A stretch of 64,000 nucleotides of DNA from Gammaproteobacteria bacterium (GTDB taxonomy: Bacteria; Pseudomonadota; Gammaproteobacteria; CBDBNL01; JAAOII01), in the NCBI GenBank assembly GCA_965209035.1, contig OZ242372.1, positions 1,280,001-1,344,000 on the forward strand, written 5' to 3'. The notes below the pieces were generated by a model that saw nothing but the letters and a program-made list of their open reading frames with translations, had not been told where the DNA came from and made no database searches. The first letter of the stretch is position 1; each line of letters begins with the position of its first letter. Shown in pieces: positions 28,961 through 37,651 of the stretch. The translations under genes and the position numbers were made by a program.

Positions 28961-31900
28961 ATGGAAAGAGTGTTAAGAACAATCGTTGGACTTTTTTTAA
29001 GATCTGTTAGAGCAATCATGAATCAACCGACCGGATATTTTTTATCTTATTTATTCGTTGGCGGATTTTTGCTCTTCTCTCTTTCCTCTTGTGGAATTGG
29101 CAGCAGCAGAAGCAGTATTATCACCGCCGGTGATTCCGTTCTCTTGCCGGTTACCGGTTCCGTTCTCCCTGTCTTTGATTTCAAGGTCGTGCCGGAACGG
29201 GATATGTTAATGTTCAGTTGGACCAACCCGGATCGAAATGACATAGTCGGGTTTAATATTACCCGGAGCAACTCGGAACAGAATAAAACCTTCTCACTCA
29301 AGAAGTCGGAAGTCAATGTTGATGTCCGCCCTCTGGCAAAGATGCGCTATACCATGGATGATGAAGATATGAGCGAAGCCCATATCTATGCGGTGAGCGT
29401 GATGGTAATCTATGAAGACGGTCGGGTAGCCGCATCAAATTTTTTGCTGCGCAGACCCGGGAGAAACACAGACGGCGATGAATTTCCGGACAGTCTGGAT
29501 CCGGACGATGACAATGACGGACTGAACGATTTTTGGACGAACGGGACTGTGCGAGATGCCTGCCCGCGGGGTGAGACCGGTTGGCATTCCAATGCGACGG
29601 CGGACCGGGACGGTGACGGCTGTCGCGATGCCGGTGAGGATGCGGACGATGACAATGACGGGCTGAACGATTTTTGGACGAATGGCACGGCACGAGATGC
29701 CTGCCCGCGGGGTGAGACCGATTGGCATTCCAATGCGACGACGGACCGGGACAGTGACGGCTGTCGCGATGCCGGTGAGGATGCGGACGATGACAATGAC
29801 GGGCTGAACGATTTTTGGACGAACGGGACCGGAACTGTGCGAGATGCCTGCCCGCGGGGCGAGACCGGCTGGCGTTCCAATGCGACGACGGACCGGGACG
29901 GCGACGGCTGTCGCGATGCCGATGAGGATGCGGACGATGACAATGACGGGCTGAACGATTTTTGGACGAACGGGACTGTGCGAGATGCCTGCCCGCGGGG
30001 TGAGACCGGCTGGCATTCCAATGCGATGACGGACCGGGACGGCGACGGCTGTCGCGATGCCGGTGAGGATGCGGACGATGACAATGACGGGCTGAACGAT
30101 TTTTGGACGAACGGGACCGGAACTGTGCGAGATGCCTGCCCGCGGGGTGAGACCGGTTGGCATTCCAATGCGACGACGGACCGGGACAGTGACGGCTGTC
30201 GCGATGCCGGTGAGGATGCGGACGATGACAATGACGGGCTGAACGATTTTTGGACGAACGGGACCGGAACTGTACGAGATGCCTGCCCGCGGGGCGAGAC
30301 CGGCTGGCATTCCAATGCGACGACGGACCGGGACAGTGACGGCTGTCGCGATGCCGGTGAGGATGCGGACGATGACAATGACGGGCTGAACGATTTTTGG
30401 ACGAACGGGACTGTACGAGATGCCTGCCCGCGGGGCGAGACCGGTTGGCATTCCAATGCGACGACGGACCGGGACGGTGACGGCTGTCGCGATGCCGATG
30501 AGGATGCGGACGATGACAATGATGGGCTGAACGATTTTTGGACGAACGGGACTGTGCGAGATGCCTGCCCGCGGGGCGAGATCGGTTGGCATTCCAATGC
30601 GATGACGGACCGGGACGGCGACGGCTGTCGCGATGCCGGTGAAGATGCGGACGATGACAATGACGGGCTGAACGATTTTTGGACGAACGGGACGGCACGA
30701 GATGCCTGCCCGCGGGGCGAGACCGGTTGGCGTTCCAATGCGATGACGGACCGGGACGGTGACGGCTGTCGCGATGCCGATGAGGATGCGGATGATGACA
30801 ATGACGGGCTGAACGATTTTTGGACGAATGGGACGGCACGAGATGCCTGCCCGCGGGGTGAGACCGGTTGGCATTCCAATGCGATGACGGACCGGGACGG
30901 TGACGGCTGTCGCGATGCCGGTGAGGATGCGGACGACAATAGTAACGGTTTGATAGAAATCCGGACGCTGGATGCGTTGGCACTGCTGCGCGATGACCTA
31001 AACGGCGATGGTGCGGACGATGAGAATCTTGCCGAAATTGCCGTGCCAAGTCGGGCGGGCTGCCCCGCTGCGGGTTGTATCGGCTATGAGTTAATACGCT
31101 CTCTCAATTTTAGTGATATCCGTTCTTACGCATTAGGCAGTCCCAATAGAAATATCTGGACCGGCGGCAGCGGTTGGTCGCCGATTGGATCTTGCACCGC
31201 CGATGACGGCTGCCGAGTCTACGGCGGAATTTTTGAGGGCAATAATCATAGTATTTCCAATCTGTTCGTTTCGGCGAACCATTCGGTCAATGGCGTAGGT
31301 CTGTTTGCCGCGACGAATGGGACTGTGCAAAATTTGCGTCTGCCGGCGGCGAATGTCAGTGGCGGCGGCAATCATGTGGGTTTATTGGCGGGAAATGGAA
31401 TGAATGCCTATTTTGAGAATATTTTGGTTTCGGGGACGGTGATAAGCCGGACTGCCCATGGCATAGGAATGCTTGCCGGGGATGTTTCGGGCGCGACCTT
31501 AATACAAGTAATTGTTAATGGGGGTTATGTGTCCGGAAACGGGAGTGTCGGCGGTTTGGTCGGAGCGGGCGAAAGAACCCGGATTCTTCATTCGTCTGCG
31601 TCCGGCGCGATTGTATTTGGTATTGAATCTGTGGGCGGTTTGGTCGGAGCGGGTGAAAGGGCAAGGATTCGCCATTCGTCCGTGTCCGGTGGCAGTGTAT
31701 CCGGTGACGGAAATGTCGGCGGTTTGGTCGGAGCCGGAAAGCTGGCTCGCATTGCCTATTCGTCTGTGTCCGACAGCATTGTATCCGGCAGCGCCAATTT
31801 TGTCGGCACTCTGATCGGAGCCGGTAAGAATTCTCGGATTAGTTATGCGTATGTCTCGAATAGCAATGTGTCCGGCAGGAGGTATGTGGGCGGCCTGGCC

Positions 31901-32647
31901 GGGCTTATAGAGGGCGGGAGTTCTCAAGTGATTCACTCCCATATATCCGGGGTGCGCGTATCAGGCACTTTAAATGTGGGCGGTCTGGCCGGATATGGCG
32001 TTAATACTCGGATTAGCCATTCGTTCGTTCTCGGCGGTGCCGTATCCGGTCTTCGGGATGTCGGCGGCTTGATTGGACTGGGCGCGGATTTTTCGATTAA
32101 TTATTCGTATGCGCTCGGGAGCAATGTATCCGGCAATGATGGCAACGTGGGCGGTGTTGTCGGCTCCGGCACCGATATCCGGATTAGCGATTCGTATGCG
32201 TCCGGCGGCCCCGTATCCGGTCTTAATAATGTCGGTGGTCTGATCGGAACCGGGACAGATGGTTCTGTTAGCCGTTCATACGCATCGGGCGGCCCCGTAT
32301 CCGGTAATTCAAACACGGGTGGCCTGCTTGGTTCCGGCACAATACGTTTTCTCTATTCCCATTGGGACCGAGAGACCACCGGACAAAGCCGAAGTGCCTC
32401 GGGTTTCGGTATCCTTGGCAGAGTTACCCGCGATCTGCAATCACCGCTCAGTTTTTCCAGTAGCATATACTCGGGTTGGGAAAATTTTTGGTGCAATCCG
32501 AATACAGGCGAGGTGAGACAAGCCAGGACTCTCCCGACCGCCGACTTCGTTCGTGTTTGGGATCTCGGAAGTAGGAGGCAATATCCCGCTCTGAGCTGCA
32601 CGCCGGGCGGAGTCGCAATCCAACGCCCCGATGATGCGTTTCCCTAA
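28961..32647 (+). CDS. GLUG-repeat surface lipoprotein 3 with FN3-like domain and ten TSP3-like repeats
   Basis: Lipobox SLSSC; SWTNP..GFNIT FN3-like segment; Asp-rich DRDGDGCRD repeats; GLUG core; conserved C-terminal cap. Confidence 0.85.
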   Translation: MERVLRTIVGLFLRSVRAIMNQPTGYFLSYLFVGGFLLFSLSSCGIGSSRSSIITAGDSVLLPVTGSVLPVFDFKVVPERDMLMFSWTNPDRNDIVGFNITRSNSEQNKTFSLKKSEVNVDVRPLAKMRYTMDDEDMSEAHIYAVSVMVIYEDGRVAASNFLLRRPGRNTDGDEFPDSLDPDDDNDGLNDFWTNGTVRDACPRGETGWHSNATADRDGDGCRDAGEDADDDNDGLNDFWTNGTARDACPRGETDWHSNATTDRDSDGCRDAGEDADDDNDGLNDFWTNGTGTVRDACPRGETGWRSNATTDRDGDGCRDADEDADDDNDGLNDFWTNGTVRDACPRGETGWHSNAMTDRDGDGCRDAGEDADDDNDGLNDFWTNGTGTVRDACPRGETGWHSNATTDRDSDGCRDAGEDADDDNDGLNDFWTNGTGTVRDACPRGETGWHSNATTDRDSDGCRDAGEDADDDNDGLNDFWTNGTVRDACPRGETGWHSNATTDRDGDGCRDADEDADDDNDGLNDFWTNGTVRDACPRGEIGWHSNAMTDRDGDGCRDAGEDADDDNDGLNDFWTNGTARDACPRGETGWRSNAMTDRDGDGCRDADEDADDDNDGLNDFWTNGTARDACPRGETGWHSNAMTDRDGDGCRDAGEDADDNSNGLIEIRTLDALALLRDDLNGDGADDENLAEIAVPSRAGCPAAGCIGYELIRSLNFSDIRSYALGSPNRNIWTGGSGWSPIGSCTADDGCRVYGGIFEGNNHSISNLFVSANHSVNGVGLFAATNGTVQNLRLPAANVSGGGNHVGLLAGNGMNAYFENILVSGTVISRTAHGIGMLAGDVSGATLIQVIVNGGYVSGNGSVGGLVGAGERTRILHSSASGAIVFGIESVGGLVGAGERARIRHSSVSGGSVSGDGNVGGLVGAGKLARIAYSSVSDSIVSGSANFVGTLIGAGKNSRISYAYVSNSNVSGRRYVGGLAGLIEGGSSQVIHSHISGVRVSGTLNVGGLAGYGVNTRISHSFVLGGAVSGLRDVGGLIGLGADFSINYSYALGSNVSGNDGNVGGVVGSGTDIRISDSYASGGPVSGLNNVGGLIGTGTDGSVSRSYASGGPVSGNSNTGGLLGSGTIRFLYSHWDRETTGQSRSASGFGILGRVTRDLQSPLSFSSSIYSGWENFWCNPNTGEVRQARTLPTADFVRVWDLGSRRQYPALSCTPGGVAIQRPDDAFP
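29504..30931 (+). repeat. Ten in-frame tandem repeats of 141/147 bp
   Basis: Seven 47-aa and three 49-aa units DDDNDGLNDFWTNGT(GT)xRDACPRGETGWHSNAxTDRDGDGCRDAGEDA. Confidence 0.95.
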
Positions 32648-32973
32648 GTTGCCGGTGCCGGCATATATACGCACTGACGGCGACGGTTCTCCGAAGGTTC
32701 GGATTGTCAACTGCCGGATACCGACATCCTTGCAAGCGAATACGGATAACAACAATTCCGCATAGTTCCAAAATAGGTGTGAATTTAATCGGAAACACAT
32801 CGATCGGCAGGATTGGCAGGACCGGCAGCCGAAACAAATTACTGAGTCCGTATTTGGCTTTTAATTAATGACCGGTAGCGAACGACTTTTTATGCAACAC
32901 CGAAAGCGACAAAACGAGTGTGATCATGCAATTTTTATCCGGGTATCCCGTATAATAGTAAGTACTATCGAAG

Positions 32974-35900
32974 ATGGTTTTAACTAATATGAAACTTGTG
33001 ATAAATATGATGTGTTTGAAATTTTACGGTCTGGTTGCGGGCAGGCGGTTTGGTTCTTTTTTATCATCTTTATTGCTCGGTAGTTTTTTGATTATCTTTC
33101 TTAACGCCTGTGGCGGTACGATTAATGACGGAACCGGCGATGATGGTTCTTCTCCTGCCCCTGCCGTATTCAGTGCCAATGCCGTGCCGGCCGAGGACAT
33201 GCTTCTTCTCAGATGGACCAATCCGAATCATAACAATATCACGGGATTCAATATTAGTTGGACAGATACGAACGACCCGACCAAGAGCGGAACAATTTTT
33301 CTTGCGGCGAATGACATTGATGTGAGGGTCGCCGCCGGGGCTGAAATGCAATACGGTATTACCGAACTGAAGGACAGTCGTGCCTATAAGGTGAGCGTGG
33401 CAGTCATCTATACCGACGGCAGTTCGACGGTTTCCGAGATTTCAGCGCACGGGCCGCGAACGAATACGGGTGATGACGAGGATCGGGATGATGATGCAAA
33501 TGACCGGGACGATGACACAGAGGATCGGGACGATGATAATCACAGTTTGACGGATAATGAATCTGTTATTCCGGTAGCGAATAAGAACAGCGGGCAGGAT
33601 CCAACGGATGATGTGTGTGTTTCTATTGTGTACGATAACAATGGCGATCTTGCGGATGATCTGTGTGTTGTGGACGGTGATGATGACGACCGGGATGGTG
33701 ATAATAGCAGTTTGACGGATGGTGCGGATGTTCTGCCGGTGGCGGACAATCCCGGTTTGACAGATGGCGAAGATGTTCTTCCGGTAGCGAACAATCCCGG
33801 TTTGACAGATGGCGAAGATGTTCTGCCGGTGGCGGACAATCCCGGTTTGACAGATGGCGAAGATGTTCTTCCGGTAGCGAATAAGAACAACAAACCGGAT
33901 ACAACGGATGATGCGTGTGTTGCTGTTGCGGACGATGACAATGACGGTGTTGCGGATGATGTGTGTGTTGTGGACGGTGACAATGACGGCGTTGCGGATG
34001 AGGCGGATGTGGATGACAATAATAATGGCTTAATAGAAATCCGCACGCTGGATGCACTGGCGCGTCTGCGTGATGATCTAAATGGCGACGGCGCGGATGA
34101 CGGTAACCTTGCCGAAATTACCGCGGTTGGGACAGAAGGCTGTCCCGTTTCGGGTTGCATCGGCTATGAGTTGACCCGCTCTCTTGATTTTAGTGATATT
34201 GCTTCCTACGAGCCGAGTCGTAGCAATCTGTATACTCGGGCCGCCGGCAAAGGCTGGCAGCCGATAGGTTATTGTGTCGATGTTAATGATTGCTTCGCCT
34301 ATCGGGGAATTTTTGAGGGCAATCATCATCGTATTTTGAATTTGTTTGTTTCCGCGGATGAGACTGTCAACGGTGTTGGGTTGTTTGCGGCGGTGACCGG
34401 CACTGTGCGGAATTTGGATTTGTTGTCCGCGCATGTCAGTGGCGGGGCTTCCGATGTGGGCTTGTTGGCGGGTCATGGTCGCAACGGGCACTTTGAGAAT
34501 ATCTCGGTTTCGGGCAAGGTGGTGAGTCCGGCAGCCATCACCGTAGGCGGACTTGGCGGGGATCTGACGGATACCAACTTGATTAAAACTGTTGCCAAAG
34601 ATATTCATATACGGGGAAAGAACATTGTCGGCGGGCTGATCGGATACGGAGAAGATGTACGAATTAGCGATTCGTCCGTGTCCGGCGTAGATATATTTGG
34701 AAAAACCGGTGTCGGCGGTTTGGTCGGCTACAGTTTTAATGCCGAAATTACCCGTTCCTATGTGGCCGACGGATCCGTATCCGGTGATGCCGATGTCGGC
34801 GGTTTGGTCGGCCAAGGTTATGATGCTTGGATTGGTTATTCTTATGTGATCGGCGTGTCCGTATCCGGTGATGCCGATGTCGGCGGTTTGGTCGGCGATG
34901 GTTACGGATCTCGGATTGACCATTCGTATGCGTCCGGCGGCTATGCATCCGCGGCAGTCGGAACATCCGCGGCAGCCGGAGTATCCGGCAATTCCAACGT
35001 CGGCGGTTTGGTCGGCTATGGTTTTGATACCCGAATTAATCATTCGTATGCATCCGTCGGCCCCGTATCCGGCGGTTCGTTCGCGGGCGGATTGGTGGGA
35101 AGCCATAATATTAATACTGTGGTCGCCGACTCCTACTGGGACAGAGAGACCACAGAGCAACCGACCGGTGGCGGCAATCTTGGCCGGGGCAAGACCACAG
35201 CCGAACTGCAATCACCCACCGAGTTTGCCGGCGGCATTTATAACGACTGGGGTAACTTCTGGTGTGATCCGAACACAGGCGAAGTGATGGAAAGTCGGAG
35301 CAGACCTGCCGCAGGCTATATGCGTGTTTGGGATCTGGGAAGCGACACACAGTATCCGGCATTAAGTTGCGCCTCCGGCGGGTCGGTTCGGCAACACTGC
35401 CGGGTGGGAGCAAGTATTAACGGAGATGGCACAGGCAATGCGAATGACGGCGGGGATGCCTGCGTTGCGGACAGTGACAATGATGGTATTGAAGATGAAA
35501 CGGATGTGGATGACAACAACAATGGCTTGATAGAAATCCGCACTCTGGATGCATTGGCACGGCTGCGCGATGATCTGGATGGCGATGGAACAGATGATGG
35601 CAATATTGCCGAGATTACCGCCGTGGGTTCCGCGGGCTGCCCGAGTTCCGGTTGTGTGGGTTACGAATTGACCCGTTCGTTGAATTTTAGCCGGGCAAGT
35701 TCTTATGAGGAGAACAGCGGCAACCCGGCTGTTTGGGCGAGTCGCAGTGGCAGCGGCTGGGAGCCGATAGGTTACTGTGTTGACTATGATGGTTGCATCG
35801 CTTATTCGGGCGTGTTTGATGGCGGGGATCATGCTATTGCCGACCTGTTTGTCTCTGCGGCTGATGATGCCAACGGAGTGGGCTTATTTGGTGCGTTCAA

Positions 35901-37071
35901 TGGTAGCATTCAAAATCTGCATCTCCGGAATGCGCGCGTCAGTGGCGGTGACTTTGATGTAGGGTTGCTGGTAGGCTATGGCAGTAATGCCCGTTATGAG
36001 AATCTGTCGGTTACGGGTGGCAGTGTGATGAGCCCGTCTGCCGGCGGAGTGGGCGGTCTGGTTGGGTCCGGTTGGTATGCGGATATTCGCCATGTTCATG
36101 TATCCGGCACAGATGTTTCCGGGAGATCCGGTGTCGGCGGTCTGGTTGGGTCCGGTTGGTATGCGGATATTCGCTATGCCGGTGTGTCCGGCGGAAGTGT
36201 TGTCGGCGATAGTAATGTCGGCGGGCTGATTGGGTATGGCAGGTATGCGGATATTCGCTATGCTCATGTATCCGGTGTAAATGTTTCCGGTTGGAATAAT
36301 GTTGGCGGTCTGGTTGGGTTCGGTGAGGAAGTTAATATTCGCTATGCCGGCGTGTCCGACGGAAATGTTTCCGGGGACCTTGATGTTGACGGATACGGAG
36401 CCTACTTTATTGGCGGATTGGTTGGGTATGGTCCGGGTGCCGCTATTCGCTATGCTCATATATCCGGTACAGATGTTTCCGGGAGGTCCGATATCGGCGG
36501 ACTGGCCGGGTATGGGGCCTATACGGATATTCGCTATGCTTATGTGTCCGGCACAGATGTTTCCGGAGATCGTACTGTTGGCGGGCTGGTTGCAAGTGGT
36601 TGGGCTGCGGATATTCGCTATGCTTATGTGTTCGGCGGAAGTGTTACCGGCGAGAATGAAGTTGGCGGACTGGTTGGGTATGGGCAGCTTAGTCAAATTC
36701 ATTATTCTTATGCCGCCACCGGTCTTGTTCCGGGTTCCGGTGATATTATTGGAGGCTTGATCGGCAATGCCAATAGTCAAACTACCGTCCATTCCGCTTA
36801 TTGGGATACTCAAACCGCCGGGCGGCCGATGGCGAAGAGTGGCGGCAATCTTGGCCGGGGCAAGACCACAGCCGAATTGCAATCACCCACCGAGTTTGCC
36901 GGCAGCATTTACAAAGACTGGGGCAATCTCCGGTGTGATCCAAATACGGGCAATGTGATCGAGACCACTGATCCGGCTGCTCCGTTTATTCCTCTTTGGG
37001 ATCTTGGCACGAATTCCCAATACCCGGTGCTGAATTGCCTGCCCGGTGGCCTCTCGGCGCAAGGCAGGTAG
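32974..37071 (+). CDS. GLUG-repeat surface lipoprotein 4 with two complete GLUG modules
   Basis: Lipobox FLNAC; FN3-like domain; 15-aa LTDGEDVLPVAxNPG repeats; NNGLIEIRTLD...WDLG..QYP module occurs twice. Confidence 0.85.
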   Translation: MVLTNMKLVINMMCLKFYGLVAGRRFGSFLSSLLLGSFLIIFLNACGGTINDGTGDDGSSPAPAVFSANAVPAEDMLLLRWTNPNHNNITGFNISWTDTNDPTKSGTIFLAANDIDVRVAAGAEMQYGITELKDSRAYKVSVAVIYTDGSSTVSEISAHGPRTNTGDDEDRDDDANDRDDDTEDRDDDNHSLTDNESVIPVANKNSGQDPTDDVCVSIVYDNNGDLADDLCVVDGDDDDRDGDNSSLTDGADVLPVADNPGLTDGEDVLPVANNPGLTDGEDVLPVADNPGLTDGEDVLPVANKNNKPDTTDDACVAVADDDNDGVADDVCVVDGDNDGVADEADVDDNNNGLIEIRTLDALARLRDDLNGDGADDGNLAEITAVGTEGCPVSGCIGYELTRSLDFSDIASYEPSRSNLYTRAAGKGWQPIGYCVDVNDCFAYRGIFEGNHHRILNLFVSADETVNGVGLFAAVTGTVRNLDLLSAHVSGGASDVGLLAGHGRNGHFENISVSGKVVSPAAITVGGLGGDLTDTNLIKTVAKDIHIRGKNIVGGLIGYGEDVRISDSSVSGVDIFGKTGVGGLVGYSFNAEITRSYVADGSVSGDADVGGLVGQGYDAWIGYSYVIGVSVSGDADVGGLVGDGYGSRIDHSYASGGYASAAVGTSAAAGVSGNSNVGGLVGYGFDTRINHSYASVGPVSGGSFAGGLVGSHNINTVVADSYWDRETTEQPTGGGNLGRGKTTAELQSPTEFAGGIYNDWGNFWCDPNTGEVMESRSRPAAGYMRVWDLGSDTQYPALSCASGGSVRQHCRVGASINGDGTGNANDGGDACVADSDNDGIEDETDVDDNNNGLIEIRTLDALARLRDDLDGDGTDDGNIAEITAVGSAGCPSSGCVGYELTRSLNFSRASSYEENSGNPAVWASRSGSGWEPIGYCVDYDGCIAYSGVFDGGDHAIADLFVSAADDANGVGLFGAFNGSIQNLHLRNARVSGGDFDVGLLVGYGSNARYENLSVTGGSVMSPSAGGVGGLVGSGWYADIRHVHVSGTDVSGRSGVGGLVGSGWYADIRYAGVSGGSVVGDSNVGGLIGYGRYADIRYAHVSGVNVSGWNNVGGLVGFGEEVNIRYAGVSDGNVSGDLDVDGYGAYFIGGLVGYGPGAAIRYAHISGTDVSGRSDIGGLAGYGAYTDIRYAYVSGTDVSGDRTVGGLVASGWAADIRYAYVFGGSVTGENEVGGLVGYGQLSQIHYSYAATGLVPGSGDIIGGLIGNANSQTTVHSAYWDTQTAGRPMAKSGGNLGRGKTTAELQSPTEFAGSIYKDWGNLRCDPNTGNVIETTDPAAPFIPLWDLGTNSQYPVLNCLPGGLSAQGR

Positions 37072-37651
37072 ACAGGCAGGCAGGTAGGCAGGGCAGATAG
37101 AGAGAGAGTGCGGGTAAAAGAGAAGCCGGGGCTGCCGGCCGACAGAGCGGCCGGGATAAGACAAATAAGCAGACATTAAAAAATTTTTTGGAAATCTATA
37201 GACAAGGTGTTAGGTCGCCGATGCTATCGGGACGTGCTCTTAACTTATTCTTAATTTAAAAGAACAAAAGAACACTTAAAAAAAGAAGCCGGGGACAGCT
37301 TCCAACTCCTCTATTCTCTATTCATACCCCATTCGCTAACGCCCTAATACTACTACTAATACTTAGAGAACAACTCTCACCGACTAGATTCGCTGCGGAC
37401 AAAAACACACGGAGTCCGAGACCGCTCGGGATGATGCCCGGATGACACAACAGGCTGGGCTGGTATCATCTCGCGCTTCCCCATTATGCCCACAAACAAC
37501 CTTCGCCAATCCGGTTCTCAATACCGAAAGCCCAAAACCGGACGGGATGATGCACACAGGCCGCAACTTGGAAATCGGTGTTATAATTAACAGTATGGAA
37601 TTTTTGTATCCATTAAAAATTAATAACTATCACTATATAGAACAAGTCACG

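Noticed and set aside
37442-37651. ORF-track N-terminal extensions (lipoprotein 5; also gatB 10368, nqrB 20393, tcuA 47546, ygfA 52805)
   Set aside because: They run through intergenic elements or upstream genes; homology supports later starts.
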